Shown: positions 1 to 9,398, counted from the first letter of the stretch. The stretch: DNA of 64,000 nucleotides from an uncultured Gemmatimonadales bacterium (GCA_963741945.1 CAVUKA010000004.1:192001-256000), one strand, 5' to 3'. Numbers and translations are program-made. Notes: generated from the sequence alone by a model not told the origin.

Positions 1-1
1 G

Positions 2-58
2 TTTCGGATGATCGGGGCTATTGTCGCGCTGTTTACCGCGGGATGGGTTAGCCTCTAG
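2..58 (+). CDS. small hydrophobic peptide (..FRMIGAIVALFTAGWVSL*), probably 5'-truncated by the window edge
   Basis: Frame open from base 2 (ATG at 8) to TAG 56-58, then TAA 59-61, in frame with and directly before the HD-GYP gene; strongly hydrophobic; below the ORF-track size cutoff. Confidence 0.5.
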   Translation, partial: FRMIGAIVALFTAGWVSL

Positions 59-85
59 TAAGTGGTGGGGGCTCCGCTTTCTTTT

Positions 86-1438
86 ATGCGTCAGCCTAAG
101 GCTTGGTACCTGTACATTGCAGCTCTCGCTGCAGGCGGCGCTGTGCTGATTGCATTGCTCCCATGGGATGCTATATGGGCTTTGCAACGCGCAGATGTGG
201 CTGGCATTCTCATTTTTGTCGCCCTCGCCGTGCTGTCACAAGCCCTCGCTGTGGATGCGGCCGTGGGTGGATCCCGGTCAGCAACGGTATCGGTTTCGTA
301 TCTGCCGCTATTGGCGATGGCAATAATTTTCCCATCGCCGGCGGTGGCATGCGCCGCCGGGGCAATGGCCGCGATTACAGAGCTTTTCAAGGGGGAAGCT
401 CGGCGCTGGCACACAGGTGTCTTCAACATATCGCAGGCCGTACTTTCATACGGACTCGGTGCTGTCGTGTTCAGGATCGTGTTGACGGCACTGGCCGGTC
501 CGGAAGCACGCGGCCTTTCCGCGGGGCTCGCCGTAACATTCTTCCCCTTCTATTCTTTGGTTCTTGTCTTATTTGTTTTGAACATGTCGTTCGTAAGCGT
601 AGCAATATCTATCCGGGAACAGAAGCCCCTTTGGGGTGTGATGCACGAGTTCAGCGGACGTGGCGGGGGAAATCTTTTTTATGATATCCTGGCCAGTCCC
701 ATGGCCTTGGTGGCCGCCTACCTCTATGCAAATCTGCAGGCCGCAGGATTAGTTGCCGTTGTCTTGCCTCTCCTTCTCATTCGGAACACCTATCTCTCGA
801 ATAGCCAATTACAGAAAGCAAACCGCGATTTATTGAATGTGCTTATAAAGGCCATCGAGACACGTGACCCTTACACGTCGGGTCACTCCCTGCGTGTGTC
901 CACTTTGGCGCGAATGATTGCCGAGGACTTTGGGCTTCGCTCAAATGTCGTCGCTAGGATTGAGACGGCCGCATTGCTGCACGACATCGGCAAGATAGAC
1001 GCTCTTTTTGCTCAGATCATCTCTAAAGAGGGATCTCTGACAGAGCAAGAGCGAAATATTATTCGTACACACGCCACTAAAGGCGCGGATCTCCTCGCGA
1101 GTCTCACGTCCCTTGAAAAGGACATCATAGTTGGCGTCCGCCACCATCATGAGCGATTCGATGGTACTGGTTATCCCGATGGTTTGGCGGGGAAGGAAAT
1201 TCCCCTTCCTGCACGCATTATCATGATTTGCGACTCGTTGGATGCAATGTTGTCTGATCGGCCTTACCGGAATGCGCTACCATTACCTGAGGTGCGAGCG
1301 GAACTGCAGCGTTGCGGTGGCACTCAGTTCGATCCAGATCTTGTACGCACGATCCTGGAGCGCAACACACTTGAACGTGCGGAGTTGTTGGTCGATCGCT
1401 CTGGAGCCCGGAGCCCGATGCGAGCCGTGGTCGGATAG
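86..1438 (+). CDS. membrane-bound HD-GYP c-di-GMP phosphodiesterase with multi-TM (MASE-type) sensor
   Basis: About 7-8 hydrophobic segments in the N-terminal half; RDPYTSGHS, HDIGK, HHHERFDGTGYP and DRPYR motifs intact; alternative GTG start at 62. Confidence 0.92.
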   Translation: MRQPKAWYLYIAALAAGGAVLIALLPWDAIWALQRADVAGILIFVALAVLSQALAVDAAVGGSRSATVSVSYLPLLAMAIIFPSPAVACAAGAMAAITELFKGEARRWHTGVFNISQAVLSYGLGAVVFRIVLTALAGPEARGLSAGLAVTFFPFYSLVLVLFVLNMSFVSVAISIREQKPLWGVMHEFSGRGGGNLFYDILASPMALVAAYLYANLQAAGLVAVVLPLLLIRNTYLSNSQLQKANRDLLNVLIKAIETRDPYTSGHSLRVSTLARMIAEDFGLRSNVVARIETAALLHDIGKIDALFAQIISKEGSLTEQERNIIRTHATKGADLLASLTSLEKDIIVGVRHHHERFDGTGYPDGLAGKEIPLPARIIMICDSLDAMLSDRPYRNALPLPEVRAELQRCGGTQFDPDLVRTILERNTLERAELLVDRSGARSPMRAVVG

Positions 1439-1559
1439 CCTCCACGCCGCCGTTCATTGCTGGACTCCGAAGCGGCTTTCTACTTTGTCCAGCCGGTCCG
1501 TCCCAACGTGCCATTGTGTTACCTGCACGGTTCAGCAGATTTGAACAGCTACTTTGTAC

Positions 1560-1583
1560 AAAACGCCTTCTTGCGAGAAGGCG
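1560..1583 (-). terminator. putative intrinsic terminator / hairpin
   Basis: Perfect 8-bp stem CGCCTTCT-tgcg-AGAAGGCG (1564-1583) with AAAA at 1560-1563 (short U-tract on the minus strand). Confidence 0.4.
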
Positions 1584-1687
1584 GAAGGATGCGGCACCGA
1601 CTTTAGTCTCCCGCATTCTCGCGATTGAGCCGGTTCGCTTACACACGCAGTTTTCGAATACGCCTGCCGATGATCGGGGAGTCGCCT

Positions 1688-4600
1688 ATGCCACGGTCGC
1701 TTCCATGCGCCTATCTTCTGGGCCCCATTTCCTCCGTTCAAGTTGAACCGCAGCGCGATTTGGCCGCGAAGGAGTGGGCCCTGCTCGTCCTCATTATTGT
1801 AGATGGGCCTCAGCACCGGCAGGCAGCCGCCGATACATTATGGACCGCCTCGCCGACATCGGCCCGCCATAGCCTAAGCCAAGCCCTATATCAGATCCGG
1901 AGAAAGCTAGGACCCGAAGTTCTGATCGGAGATTTCAACGTCGTCGGGCGTGGGGGTATCAGGTCAGACATTGAGATGTTCGATGAAATGATCGAAAGAG
2001 GCGACTGGGTTTCGGCGGCACGCCTGTATCGTGGCGATCTTGCCTTCGGGCTCGATCCTGCCCTTCCGGATGCCTTCCTTGATTGGTTGGCCATTGCGCG
2101 GGAGACTTATCGCCGACGTGCGCGTGAGGTTTTGGACCACCTCCTAGCAGGGGGTGAAGCGGAAGAGGCTTCACGTTTGGCCTCAGTTCTCCTGGACTAT
2201 GATCCGGCCGATCCCGTCGCCATAGCGGCCAGCCAGGTTCACTCCGACCCTAGGCCGAACCTCACTACCAGCCTTGGCTCTGACTTCCCGCCGAAGCTCT
2301 TCGTTCGGTTCGTCGGCAGGAGTTCAGAACTTGAGTTTCTCGAGCGAGCTGCAAATGCGTGCGCAGGGGGATCTGTAAGAGGTGTAGCCATCACGGGGGA
2401 AGCCGGTGTTGGAAAGACCGCGTTGCTGACTCGATTCCTTCGGCTTCAGGCCGTGCGAGGCTCAAAGGTTCTGACTGCGCGAGCGAGTGATGTAGAAAAC
2501 AACTTGCCATTCGGCGTTGTAACGCAATGGGCCCGCGATGCCATTGATCGCGATCCGCGTCGCGAAGCTAGCAGCGCCTCTCGCTGCGCGGATCACGAAG
2601 ACTACCTTGTTTCATTGCTGAGCGGCGAGGTGGGCGGTTCTTCTCCGGTTGAGGACTGGGACCAGTTCCGGTTTCTTGAGGCACTCCGAAGGCTCTTTCT
2701 CCAGACATCTCGGGATCGCCTCCTTATCCTCAGCGTAGATGACATGCAGTTCGCGGATGCAGCGTCGATCGGTTTCCTCCGGTACGTAGCACGCATTGGC
2801 ACTGACGCTCGCATCCTTTTTGTTGCAACCGTTAGGACTCAATTGGGGGCTTCTAACGTCCCGTTTTCCGACACGTTGCCGCTACAGCGGCTTGATCTCC
2901 TCCCCTTCTCGCTCGACGAAGTTGCAGAATTTATCGGGCGTCTCGCTGACGCCCGAGACCGGCAACGTTTCGACCCTTCGCAGGTGTTTTCGAAGACAGG
3001 TGGAAACCCTCTGTTGCTGACATCGCTAATGAGAGATCGGGGAAACGAAACTCTCCCAACTCATCCTTCACGCGGGTACGGCTTCTTCACAGAGCAAATC
3101 CACTCATTAAGCGGTAACGCTGAGAAGCTGCTGGCGGCAGCCTCAGTCGCCGGAGAACCTATCTCAATGGCCAACGCTGCGCTGATTGCCGGCATTCCCG
3201 AGAACGAGATGGGTGAGGCGGCGTTGGAGCTTGAATCATCTGGGCTGTTGCTACGGGACCAAAGAGGTGTCCGCCCTCGCCACGGGCTGGTCGCAGACGC
3301 GGCGTTGGAGGAGCTTTCCTCTTTTGACCGACGCTCTCTATACGGGCGTGCCGCAAGCATCTACTCACGGTTGCAGTTGTCCCCCGCAGTGTTGGCAGTC
3401 CGCCATGATATCGCCGGCGATCGCGGCTCGGCATTCTCTGCCGCATTGAGGGCGGCAGCGGCGAGCTCTGAGCTACATGCGTACCGTGAACACGAGTTCT
3501 TTCTGAAGCTTGCCTTGGACAGCGCGCCAAGCCAAGAAGAAGCTGCCCAGGTCAAGGTGGACTTAGCAGAACTCATGGTTCGTTCGGATAGAAGGCGAGA
3601 AGCTCACGACCTTCTCGACGGCATCACAACTGCCGACATTTCAGACAAAACTGCCGCGAAGTCGGAGTCTCTGAAGCTCTTGCTGGCGCTTTCGGCCGCT
3701 CGCGATGAATCTATTCTGGACCAGTCTCTGCCCTTAATCGAAGAGCTGCAGGGCCGAGTAACGCCCACACGACTTGCTGAGTTGTACGTAGAAGTGGGAG
3801 CGGTAGCTCACGATTACTCCCGCACCGGTATGGCCGTTGCGGCCGCACAAGCCACTTTGGGCGTGTGTCGGATGCATCCCGGTTCGGCTGTGCTTTCGAG
3901 AATCGCCGCGCGAGCAGCCACAATTCTGGGCACGTACGTTGGATATGAAGCAGGGCTCGAAGCGATTAGTGAATGGATGCGGCACGCTGAAGACGCACCC
4001 GAAAACAAGGCAGCGCTTCTGATTGCTAGAGGATCCATTCTCATGGGCGCTGGGCGATTGACAGAGGCGGTCGAAGCATTTGCCGAAGCGATGGAATTCG
4101 TGGAGCAGTTCGGACTGTACGATCTTCTTTTTTCTGTACACAACAACATCGGGGTTTGCTACCTAGAACGCGGGATGTACTCGCATGCCCGTGGTCATTT
4201 TGATCGCGCCTTGGCGTTGGCCAGAGACGGAATGGTTGCGAGCCATGCGGGCATCGCGGTAGATAACTATGCCGGTTTCCTTTACGAGGTTGGAGACCGA
4301 GAAGGAGCAATCAAATATTGCAGATCCGCGCTCGCAACCGAACAGATCACCTCCGTTCGCAGTCTATTGTCCCAGCATTCCATCATTGGTCTATGTTCGC
4401 TCGAGATAGGGCGGGTTTCTGCGGCACAGGCAGCCCGACGGGAAATTGCGCTGACATTGACAAACCAGGAATATCAGGGGAGCGATATCTCTTACATCGA
4501 GATATTTTTGGCGCGCATGTTGATGCTGGAGGGACAGGCGGATCGGGCGAAGGCGCGTCTGGCCACGGCCATCCGCGCCTATGCGCCGCGCGAGGAGCTC

Positions 4601-4768
4601 GCGTCCGCGCGGATGGAGCTCGAGCTGGCGCGCATCGAGCTCCGTGAGGATCCCGCGGCCGCGGGCGAGCGGGCGGAAGCGGTGCTCGCGCGGCTGGCTG
4701 GCTCGGGCGCCGTCCCGCTCATCGAGATGGCCGAGAGCCTGGTCCATCGGGCGCTCACCCGCGTCTAG
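1688..4768 (+). CDS. AfsR/SARP-like regulator: wHTH + BTAD + STAND AAA ATPase + TPR repeats
   Basis: LW..SARHSLSQALYQIRRKLG and ARLYRGDL (wHTH/BTAD), FVGRSSEL, Walker A GEAGVGKT, Walker B LSVDD, GGNPLLL, C-terminal TPR-like helices (HNNIGVCY); GGGGAG RBS before ATG 1688. Confidence 0.88.
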   Translation: MPRSLPCAYLLGPISSVQVEPQRDLAAKEWALLVLIIVDGPQHRQAAADTLWTASPTSARHSLSQALYQIRRKLGPEVLIGDFNVVGRGGIRSDIEMFDEMIERGDWVSAARLYRGDLAFGLDPALPDAFLDWLAIARETYRRRAREVLDHLLAGGEAEEASRLASVLLDYDPADPVAIAASQVHSDPRPNLTTSLGSDFPPKLFVRFVGRSSELEFLERAANACAGGSVRGVAITGEAGVGKTALLTRFLRLQAVRGSKVLTARASDVENNLPFGVVTQWARDAIDRDPRREASSASRCADHEDYLVSLLSGEVGGSSPVEDWDQFRFLEALRRLFLQTSRDRLLILSVDDMQFADAASIGFLRYVARIGTDARILFVATVRTQLGASNVPFSDTLPLQRLDLLPFSLDEVAEFIGRLADARDRQRFDPSQVFSKTGGNPLLLTSLMRDRGNETLPTHPSRGYGFFTEQIHSLSGNAEKLLAAASVAGEPISMANAALIAGIPENEMGEAALELESSGLLLRDQRGVRPRHGLVADAALEELSSFDRRSLYGRAASIYSRLQLSPAVLAVRHDIAGDRGSAFSAALRAAAASSELHAYREHEFFLKLALDSAPSQEEAAQVKVDLAELMVRSDRRREAHDLLDGITTADISDKTAAKSESLKLLLALSAARDESILDQSLPLIEELQGRVTPTRLAELYVEVGAVAHDYSRTGMAVAAAQATLGVCRMHPGSAVLSRIAARAATILGTYVGYEAGLEAISEWMRHAEDAPENKAALLIARGSILMGAGRLTEAVEAFAEAMEFVEQFGLYDLLFSVHNNIGVCYLERGMYSHARGHFDRALALARDGMVASHAGIAVDNYAGFLYEVGDREGAIKYCRSALATEQITSVRSLLSQHSIIGLCSLEIGRVSAAQAARREIALTLTNQEYQGSDISYIEIFLARMLMLEGQADRAKARLATAIRAYAPREELASARMELELARIELREDPAAAGERAEAVLARLAGSGAVPLIEMAESLVHRALTRV

Positions 4769-5523
4769 ACCAGCCCCTCTCGCCGGAGCCACTCCTCGAC
4801 GATCCACTCCCATCCGAGATGATCCCGGACGAACAATGGCCGATAGCCAATGAGGCGGTTCATGGAATTGCTCATGGTGAAGCCATCCGGATACCCGAAG
4901 CGACCCGCTACGCGGTTGATGTTGGAGCGCGTGTTCTGGAGGTGCATGGACGCGTGCAGCAGGCGCGCGAACTGGAGCCAGTGCGACGGGACGGGCAGTT
5001 CGCGGTCACGGAAGAACCGGCCGAGTGTCCGACGTGACTGACAGAGCTCATCCGCCATCTGCTCGATGCTGTGCACCTGCGGCGCACGGGAGAAGATGGT
5101 GTAGACGCGGGCGCGGACGTCGGCCGCCGCGAGCAGTCCCACCAGGTCCAGGTAATCGGCCACTGCGAGCGCCAGCGATTGGGGAGGCGTGGCCAGGAGC
5201 GTGCGGAGCGCCGTCATTGTTCCGCGTCCGGCCGTCGGCAGCACGCCTCGCGGTCGAAGCTCGGGAACGTGCCGCAGGACGGGCACCACCGGCGCAATGT
5301 CCTCGGGCTCTGGCAGGACCACGAACAGGGGAAGCTCGCGCGGCTTCTCCATCACCCAGTCCAGCTCCGACCACACGGCCCCGACCGCAGCCATGAACCA
5401 TACCACCGCGGCGCCTGGCTGGGGCCCCGCCGCAGGCCCGAACGTGGGCTCGACCCGCTCGTAGGTGAAGTAGGGCGGCCGGAAGAGGTGCAAACCTGTC
5501 GGGAGCTTCGGCTGGACGGGCAT
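4765..5523 (-). CDS. AraC-type helix-turn-helix transcriptional regulator
   Basis: C-terminal SIEQMADELCQSRRTLGRFF and INRVAGRFGYPDGFTMSNSMNRLIG double HTH; AGGAGG RBS; stop overlaps the stop of the upstream regulator (CTAG). Confidence 0.82.
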   Translation of the reverse strand: MPVQPKLPTGLHLFRPPYFTYERVEPTFGPAAGPQPGAAVVWFMAAVGAVWSELDWVMEKPRELPLFVVLPEPEDIAPVVPVLRHVPELRPRGVLPTAGRGTMTALRTLLATPPQSLALAVADYLDLVGLLAAADVRARVYTIFSRAPQVHSIEQMADELCQSRRTLGRFFRDRELPVPSHWLQFARLLHASMHLQNTRSNINRVAGRFGYPDGFTMSNSMNRLIGYRPLFVRDHLGWEWIVEEWLRREGLV

Positions 5524-5621
5524 GGAATCCTCCTGAATGGGGTCCGGGTGCTGTAAGCAACCTCGCCCGCCGGTATCATCACAGCGTCAAAGGCCAGCAG
5601 CCGCGCGCCCGAACGCCTCCG

Positions 5622-5641
5622 TCACACCGCCTTCACACCGC
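5622..5641. promoter_or_regulatory. direct repeat TCACACCGC x2 with 11-bp period (candidate regulator binding site)
   Basis: TCACACCGC at 5622-5630 and 5633-5641 in the divergent intergenic region. Confidence 0.35.
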
Positions 5642-5711
5642 TCGCAGTCAATGGAGTGGAACGGATCTTTCCACATCCATTTCCCCGGGCGAAACGTATG
5701 GCGGAGGTACG

Positions 5712-6128
5712 ATGGGTGGCTCGAGCGGGACGGAGGTCGGGGGGCATGGGATCCCCCTCAATGGCGATAGGCGGGGGCTGGATCTGGCCCCGCGAGAGCA
5801 GCGGCTGTTGGACCTCATCGAGGAGCTCCTGCGTCGGCAGAGGCGGCGACCGGACATGGTGGTCCGGCCGTGGTGGACGCCGACATCGGGTGTGGACGAC
5901 GTTTCGCGGGTGGGATTCGTGCTGGAGTACTGCCCCGGGGGCGTGGTCAGCGTCGAACTGGCCGTGCGCGGCGATCGTGTAACGGTGGACGGGCCGGGCG
6001 GCGCATCGGAGGTTCCACTTCGCCTGTCGGAGTGCTGGGAGATTGACGGAGTCGACGCCGGCTCACCGGAGATCCTGGCCAATCACCTGCTACGGCTGGC
6101 TGACAGGGCGCTCGAACGAGACGTCTGA
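5712..6128 (+). CDS. hypothetical protein
   Basis: GGAGG RBS at 5703-5707, host-like codon usage, followed by a GC-rich hairpin (~6147-6179). Confidence 0.65.
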   Translation: MGGSSGTEVGGHGIPLNGDRRGLDLAPREQRLLDLIEELLRRQRRRPDMVVRPWWTPTSGVDDVSRVGFVLEYCPGGVVSVELAVRGDRVTVDGPGGASEVPLRLSECWEIDGVDAGSPEILANHLLRLADRALERDV

Positions 6129-6194
6129 GGAGGTGGCGGCCCGCGCCCCCGCGTCGCCGTCATTCGCGGCGGCGCGGGGTCACGGCCGAGCGGG

Positions 6195-9100
6195 TCAGCG
6201 GTCGAGGATTGTGGAGAGCTGCGCCTGCACCTCCCCGAGTTCGTCTTCGAGGGCCTGGCAACGCTCCGCTGCGTCCCGACCCGGGTCCTGCGGCGCGCCC
6301 GTGATCATGCCGTAGAGGTAGGCGATCTGCTCCAGCAGCATGGGCTGGGGGTACGCGATGCCTTCTTCCTCGGTCAGGCGGGCCCGGATCTCCCGCAGCC
6401 GCCCCACGTCCGGGGCGCTGTTCGCGGGCGCCTCTTCCATCGTCGACGGCGCGTCCGAGTCCTCGAGAGCCGAGTCCACGGCGGCGAGCGCCTGACGGGC
6501 CCGGCTGAGCAGGTCCCGCACGCGCAGCCCGAGGGCTTCCTGGCGCCGGAGCGCTTCGGCGGTCACGCCCGCAGCCGCCGTTCTTGGATCCATCCGGACT
6601 TCGAGCGGCCGGGTGTCCGACCAGTCGCCGGCACGGACCCGTACCGCATAGCTGCCGGGGGAAACCGCGGGCCCGGAATCGCCGCCGCGGCCGCGGCCCC
6701 CCGCATCCGGATTCTGCCACGGTCCGGGATGCTCGAGCGGGACCACGAAGCGCGTGTGGCCGGCCCGCGCGGAGACGATCGGTGAGCGGACTGGTGGCCG
6801 CGGCCCCTCCATCTCCCGGCCACGTTCCATCCCGGACCGAGCGTCACGATCGCTCGTCCACGCGTTTATGGTGGTGCCGGCGCTGTCCACCAGCTCCAGC
6901 GACACGCCACCCGCGGGCTCGGCTGGCAGGACCCAGTCGACCACGGCGCCGGGGCGGCCGTACTCCGGCATGGCCGCGTCGCCTGGGCGCGATGCCCGCC
7001 AGCTCGAGAGCACGGCATCGACTGGCTGGTACAGGAATCCCCTGTGGCCGGGTCCATCGCCGGTCAGCTGACGAAGCGGCGTCAGGTCGCGCAGCACCCA
7101 GAAGCCGCGCCCCATCGTGCTGACGATGAGGTCTTCGTCCTTGAAGGCGATGTCCGTGACCGGGACCACGGGAAGGTCGAGCTGAAGCGGTTGCCAGTGC
7201 CCGCCGTCGTCGAACGAGACGTAGAAGCCGAAGTCGCTTCCCGCGTACAGCAACCCACTCCGCACCGGGTCCTCCCTCACCACCCGGACGGGATAGTCCG
7301 CCGGAATCCCGTTGGCGCCGGTCGTGAGCAGGGTCCAGCTCCGGCCGTAGTCCCTGGTGCGATAGACCAGCGGCCGCCAGTCGTCCTGCATGAAGCGCAT
7401 GACCGAGAAGATGGCCGTGCCCGGCTCCCGGCTCGAAGCGTCGATCGACTGGACCCGGCCGCCCGGCGCCAGCCTGTCGGGCGTGACGTCCGTCCACGTC
7501 GCGCCGTCATCGCGCGTGACGTGGAACGCGCCGTCATAGGAGCCGGTCCAGATCACCCCCGGCTGCGCCGGGCTCTCCTCGATGGCATATAGTGTGGAAT
7601 AGACCTCTTCGCCCGTGACATCGCGCGTGATCGGCTCACCGGAGACGCCCTGCGTGCCCGCGGGGACGGCGGTAAGGTCCGGGCTGATGCGCTCCCAGTT
7701 GATGCCACCATCACGTGTCCGGTGAACATACTGCGACCCGTGATAGACCGTGTTCGGATCATGCGGGCTCACTTCCACCGGCGTGACCCGCTGGAATCGA
7801 TAGGGCAGGTCGCGCGGCGCCGTGCCGTACATGTTCACGCCTCCCACGGCGTGCTCCCTCGCCTCCCCCGTCCGCCAGTCCCAGACCATGAACCGGCCCT
7901 TGCACGCGGCATAGACCGCGTCCGGATCGTCAGGCTTGGGCTCGGCGGGGCCGGTTTCACACGTGCCACCGCCGAAGCTGACTTCCGCCAGCCCCGAGGC
8001 CGTGGGGCGTGTCGGGACACCGACGATCTCGCGGTCCTGCTGCCCGCCCCAGACCCAGTACGGGAACCGGTCTTCCACGGCCACCTGGTACATCTCGGCC
8101 GTGGGCTGGTTCATCTGCGACGACCACGTCCGTCCACCATCCCGACTCACGTTCGCGCCGCCGTCGTTCCCCTGGACGATCACACGGGGATCATCCGGGT
8201 CGAGCCAGATGTCGTGGTTGTCCCCGTGGGGAGTGCTCATCCGCGTCCAGCTCCGGCCACCATCACGCGAGCGGTACAGCCCCTCGTCGTTGACCCACAC
8301 CACGTTCGGGTCGGTGGGATCCACATCCACGTTCGTGTAGTAGAACGGCCGCGCCAGCAGACGATTGTCCGATGACACGTGCGTCCACCTCTCGCCGCCA
8401 TCCTCGCTCCGGTAGAGACCGTCGTCCGGTTCCGGCGCCTCGATAAGCGCGTAGACCACGCGGGGGTCCGAGCGGGCCACGGCGAGATCGATCTTCCCGA
8501 ACAGCCCACCACTGTCCGTGGGCAGGCCGCCGGCGAGCTTCGTCCAGCTCTCGCCCCCATCCGATGTCCTGAATACGCCGCCCTCCCTGCCCCCGCTGAT
8601 GATCGTCCACGGCTTCCGCTCCGCACGCCAGCTCGCGGCATAGACCACATCCGGATTCGACGGGTCGATCTCGACGTCCACGATCCCGGTGCTGTCGCTG
8701 ACGAACAGCACCTTCTTCCAGCTCTCGCCGCCGTTCCGAGTGCGATAGAGTCCGCGCCCGGGGTTCGGGCCGAACGGGTGTCCGATCACGGCGACATAGG
8801 CCACGTCGGGATCTCCGGGATCTATCTCCACGGCGCCCGTGTTCCCCGCGTCCCGCAGCCCCAGGAAGCGCCACGTCTGTCCCGCGTCCGTCGAGCGATA
8901 CACGCCGAGCCCCGTGATCACGTTGCTCCTGAGCCCATCACTCCCGGTCGCCACCCAGATCACATCGGGATTCGACGGCGCCACACGGAGCGCTCCGATG
9001 GAGGGCGTCTCGAGCCAGCCGTCGCTGAGGTTCTCCCAGTTCTGTCCGTAATCCCTCGTCCGCCACACACCGCTTCCAGACCCGCCGAAGTAGTATGTGC

Positions 9101-9398
9101 CGGGATGCCCCTCCACCCCCGTCACGGCCGTGACCCGCCCCCCACGGGCAGGACCGACCCAGTCCCAGCCGAGGCCGGCAAAGAGCGACGGGTCGCGAGT
9201 CAGGTTCTCCGCTGCGGGCGCCCGCCGCTCCGCCAGCGGCGTGGACGGCCGCATGGCCGCCCCAGCCGTCGGTGGGGGCGCGGCCCGGGCGGCAGTGGGA
9301 CGCACGGGTGACGAAGCACATGCGCCGAGTGCCGCGAACGTGAGGCCGGCCGCGAGGCCCATCAGGGAGCGGGACGTGGGGACCAGTATGCTCTTCAT
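6195..9398 (-). CDS. VPS10/sortilin-like BNR-repeat beta-propeller lipoprotein (glycosyl hydrolase-like)
   Basis: Lipobox LGAC; GPARGGRV; many S/TxDxGxS/TW Asp-box repeats; HGDNH. Confidence 0.88.
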   Translation of the reverse strand: MKSILVPTSRSLMGLAAGLTFAALGACASSPVRPTAARAAPPPTAGAAMRPSTPLAERRAPAAENLTRDPSLFAGLGWDWVGPARGGRVTAVTGVEGHPGTYYFGGSGSGVWRTRDYGQNWENLSDGWLETPSIGALRVAPSNPDVIWVATGSDGLRSNVITGLGVYRSTDAGQTWRFLGLRDAGNTGAVEIDPGDPDVAYVAVIGHPFGPNPGRGLYRTRNGGESWKKVLFVSDSTGIVDVEIDPSNPDVVYAASWRAERKPWTIISGGREGGVFRTSDGGESWTKLAGGLPTDSGGLFGKIDLAVARSDPRVVYALIEAPEPDDGLYRSEDGGERWTHVSSDNRLLARPFYYTNVDVDPTDPNVVWVNDEGLYRSRDGGRSWTRMSTPHGDNHDIWLDPDDPRVIVQGNDGGANVSRDGGRTWSSQMNQPTAEMYQVAVEDRFPYWVWGGQQDREIVGVPTRPTASGLAEVSFGGGTCETGPAEPKPDDPDAVYAACKGRFMVWDWRTGEAREHAVGGVNMYGTAPRDLPYRFQRVTPVEVSPHDPNTVYHGSQYVHRTRDGGINWERISPDLTAVPAGTQGVSGEPITRDVTGEEVYSTLYAIEESPAQPGVIWTGSYDGAFHVTRDDGATWTDVTPDRLAPGGRVQSIDASSREPGTAIFSVMRFMQDDWRPLVYRTRDYGRSWTLLTTGANGIPADYPVRVVREDPVRSGLLYAGSDFGFYVSFDDGGHWQPLQLDLPVVPVTDIAFKDEDLIVSTMGRGFWVLRDLTPLRQLTGDGPGHRGFLYQPVDAVLSSWRASRPGDAAMPEYGRPGAVVDWVLPAEPAGGVSLELVDSAGTTINAWTSDRDARSGMERGREMEGPRPPVRSPIVSARAGHTRFVVPLEHPGPWQNPDAGGRGRGGDSGPAVSPGSYAVRVRAGDWSDTRPLEVRMDPRTAAAGVTAEALRRQEALGLRVRDLLSRARQALAAVDSALEDSDAPSTMEEAPANSAPDVGRLREIRARLTEEEGIAYPQPMLLEQIAYLYGMITGAPQDPGRDAAERCQALEDELGEVQAQLSTILDR

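Noticed and set aside
1-4520. Prophage, ICE or IS element explaining the AT-richer block
   Set aside because: No integrase, transposase, att-like repeat or phage gene is visible within the window.
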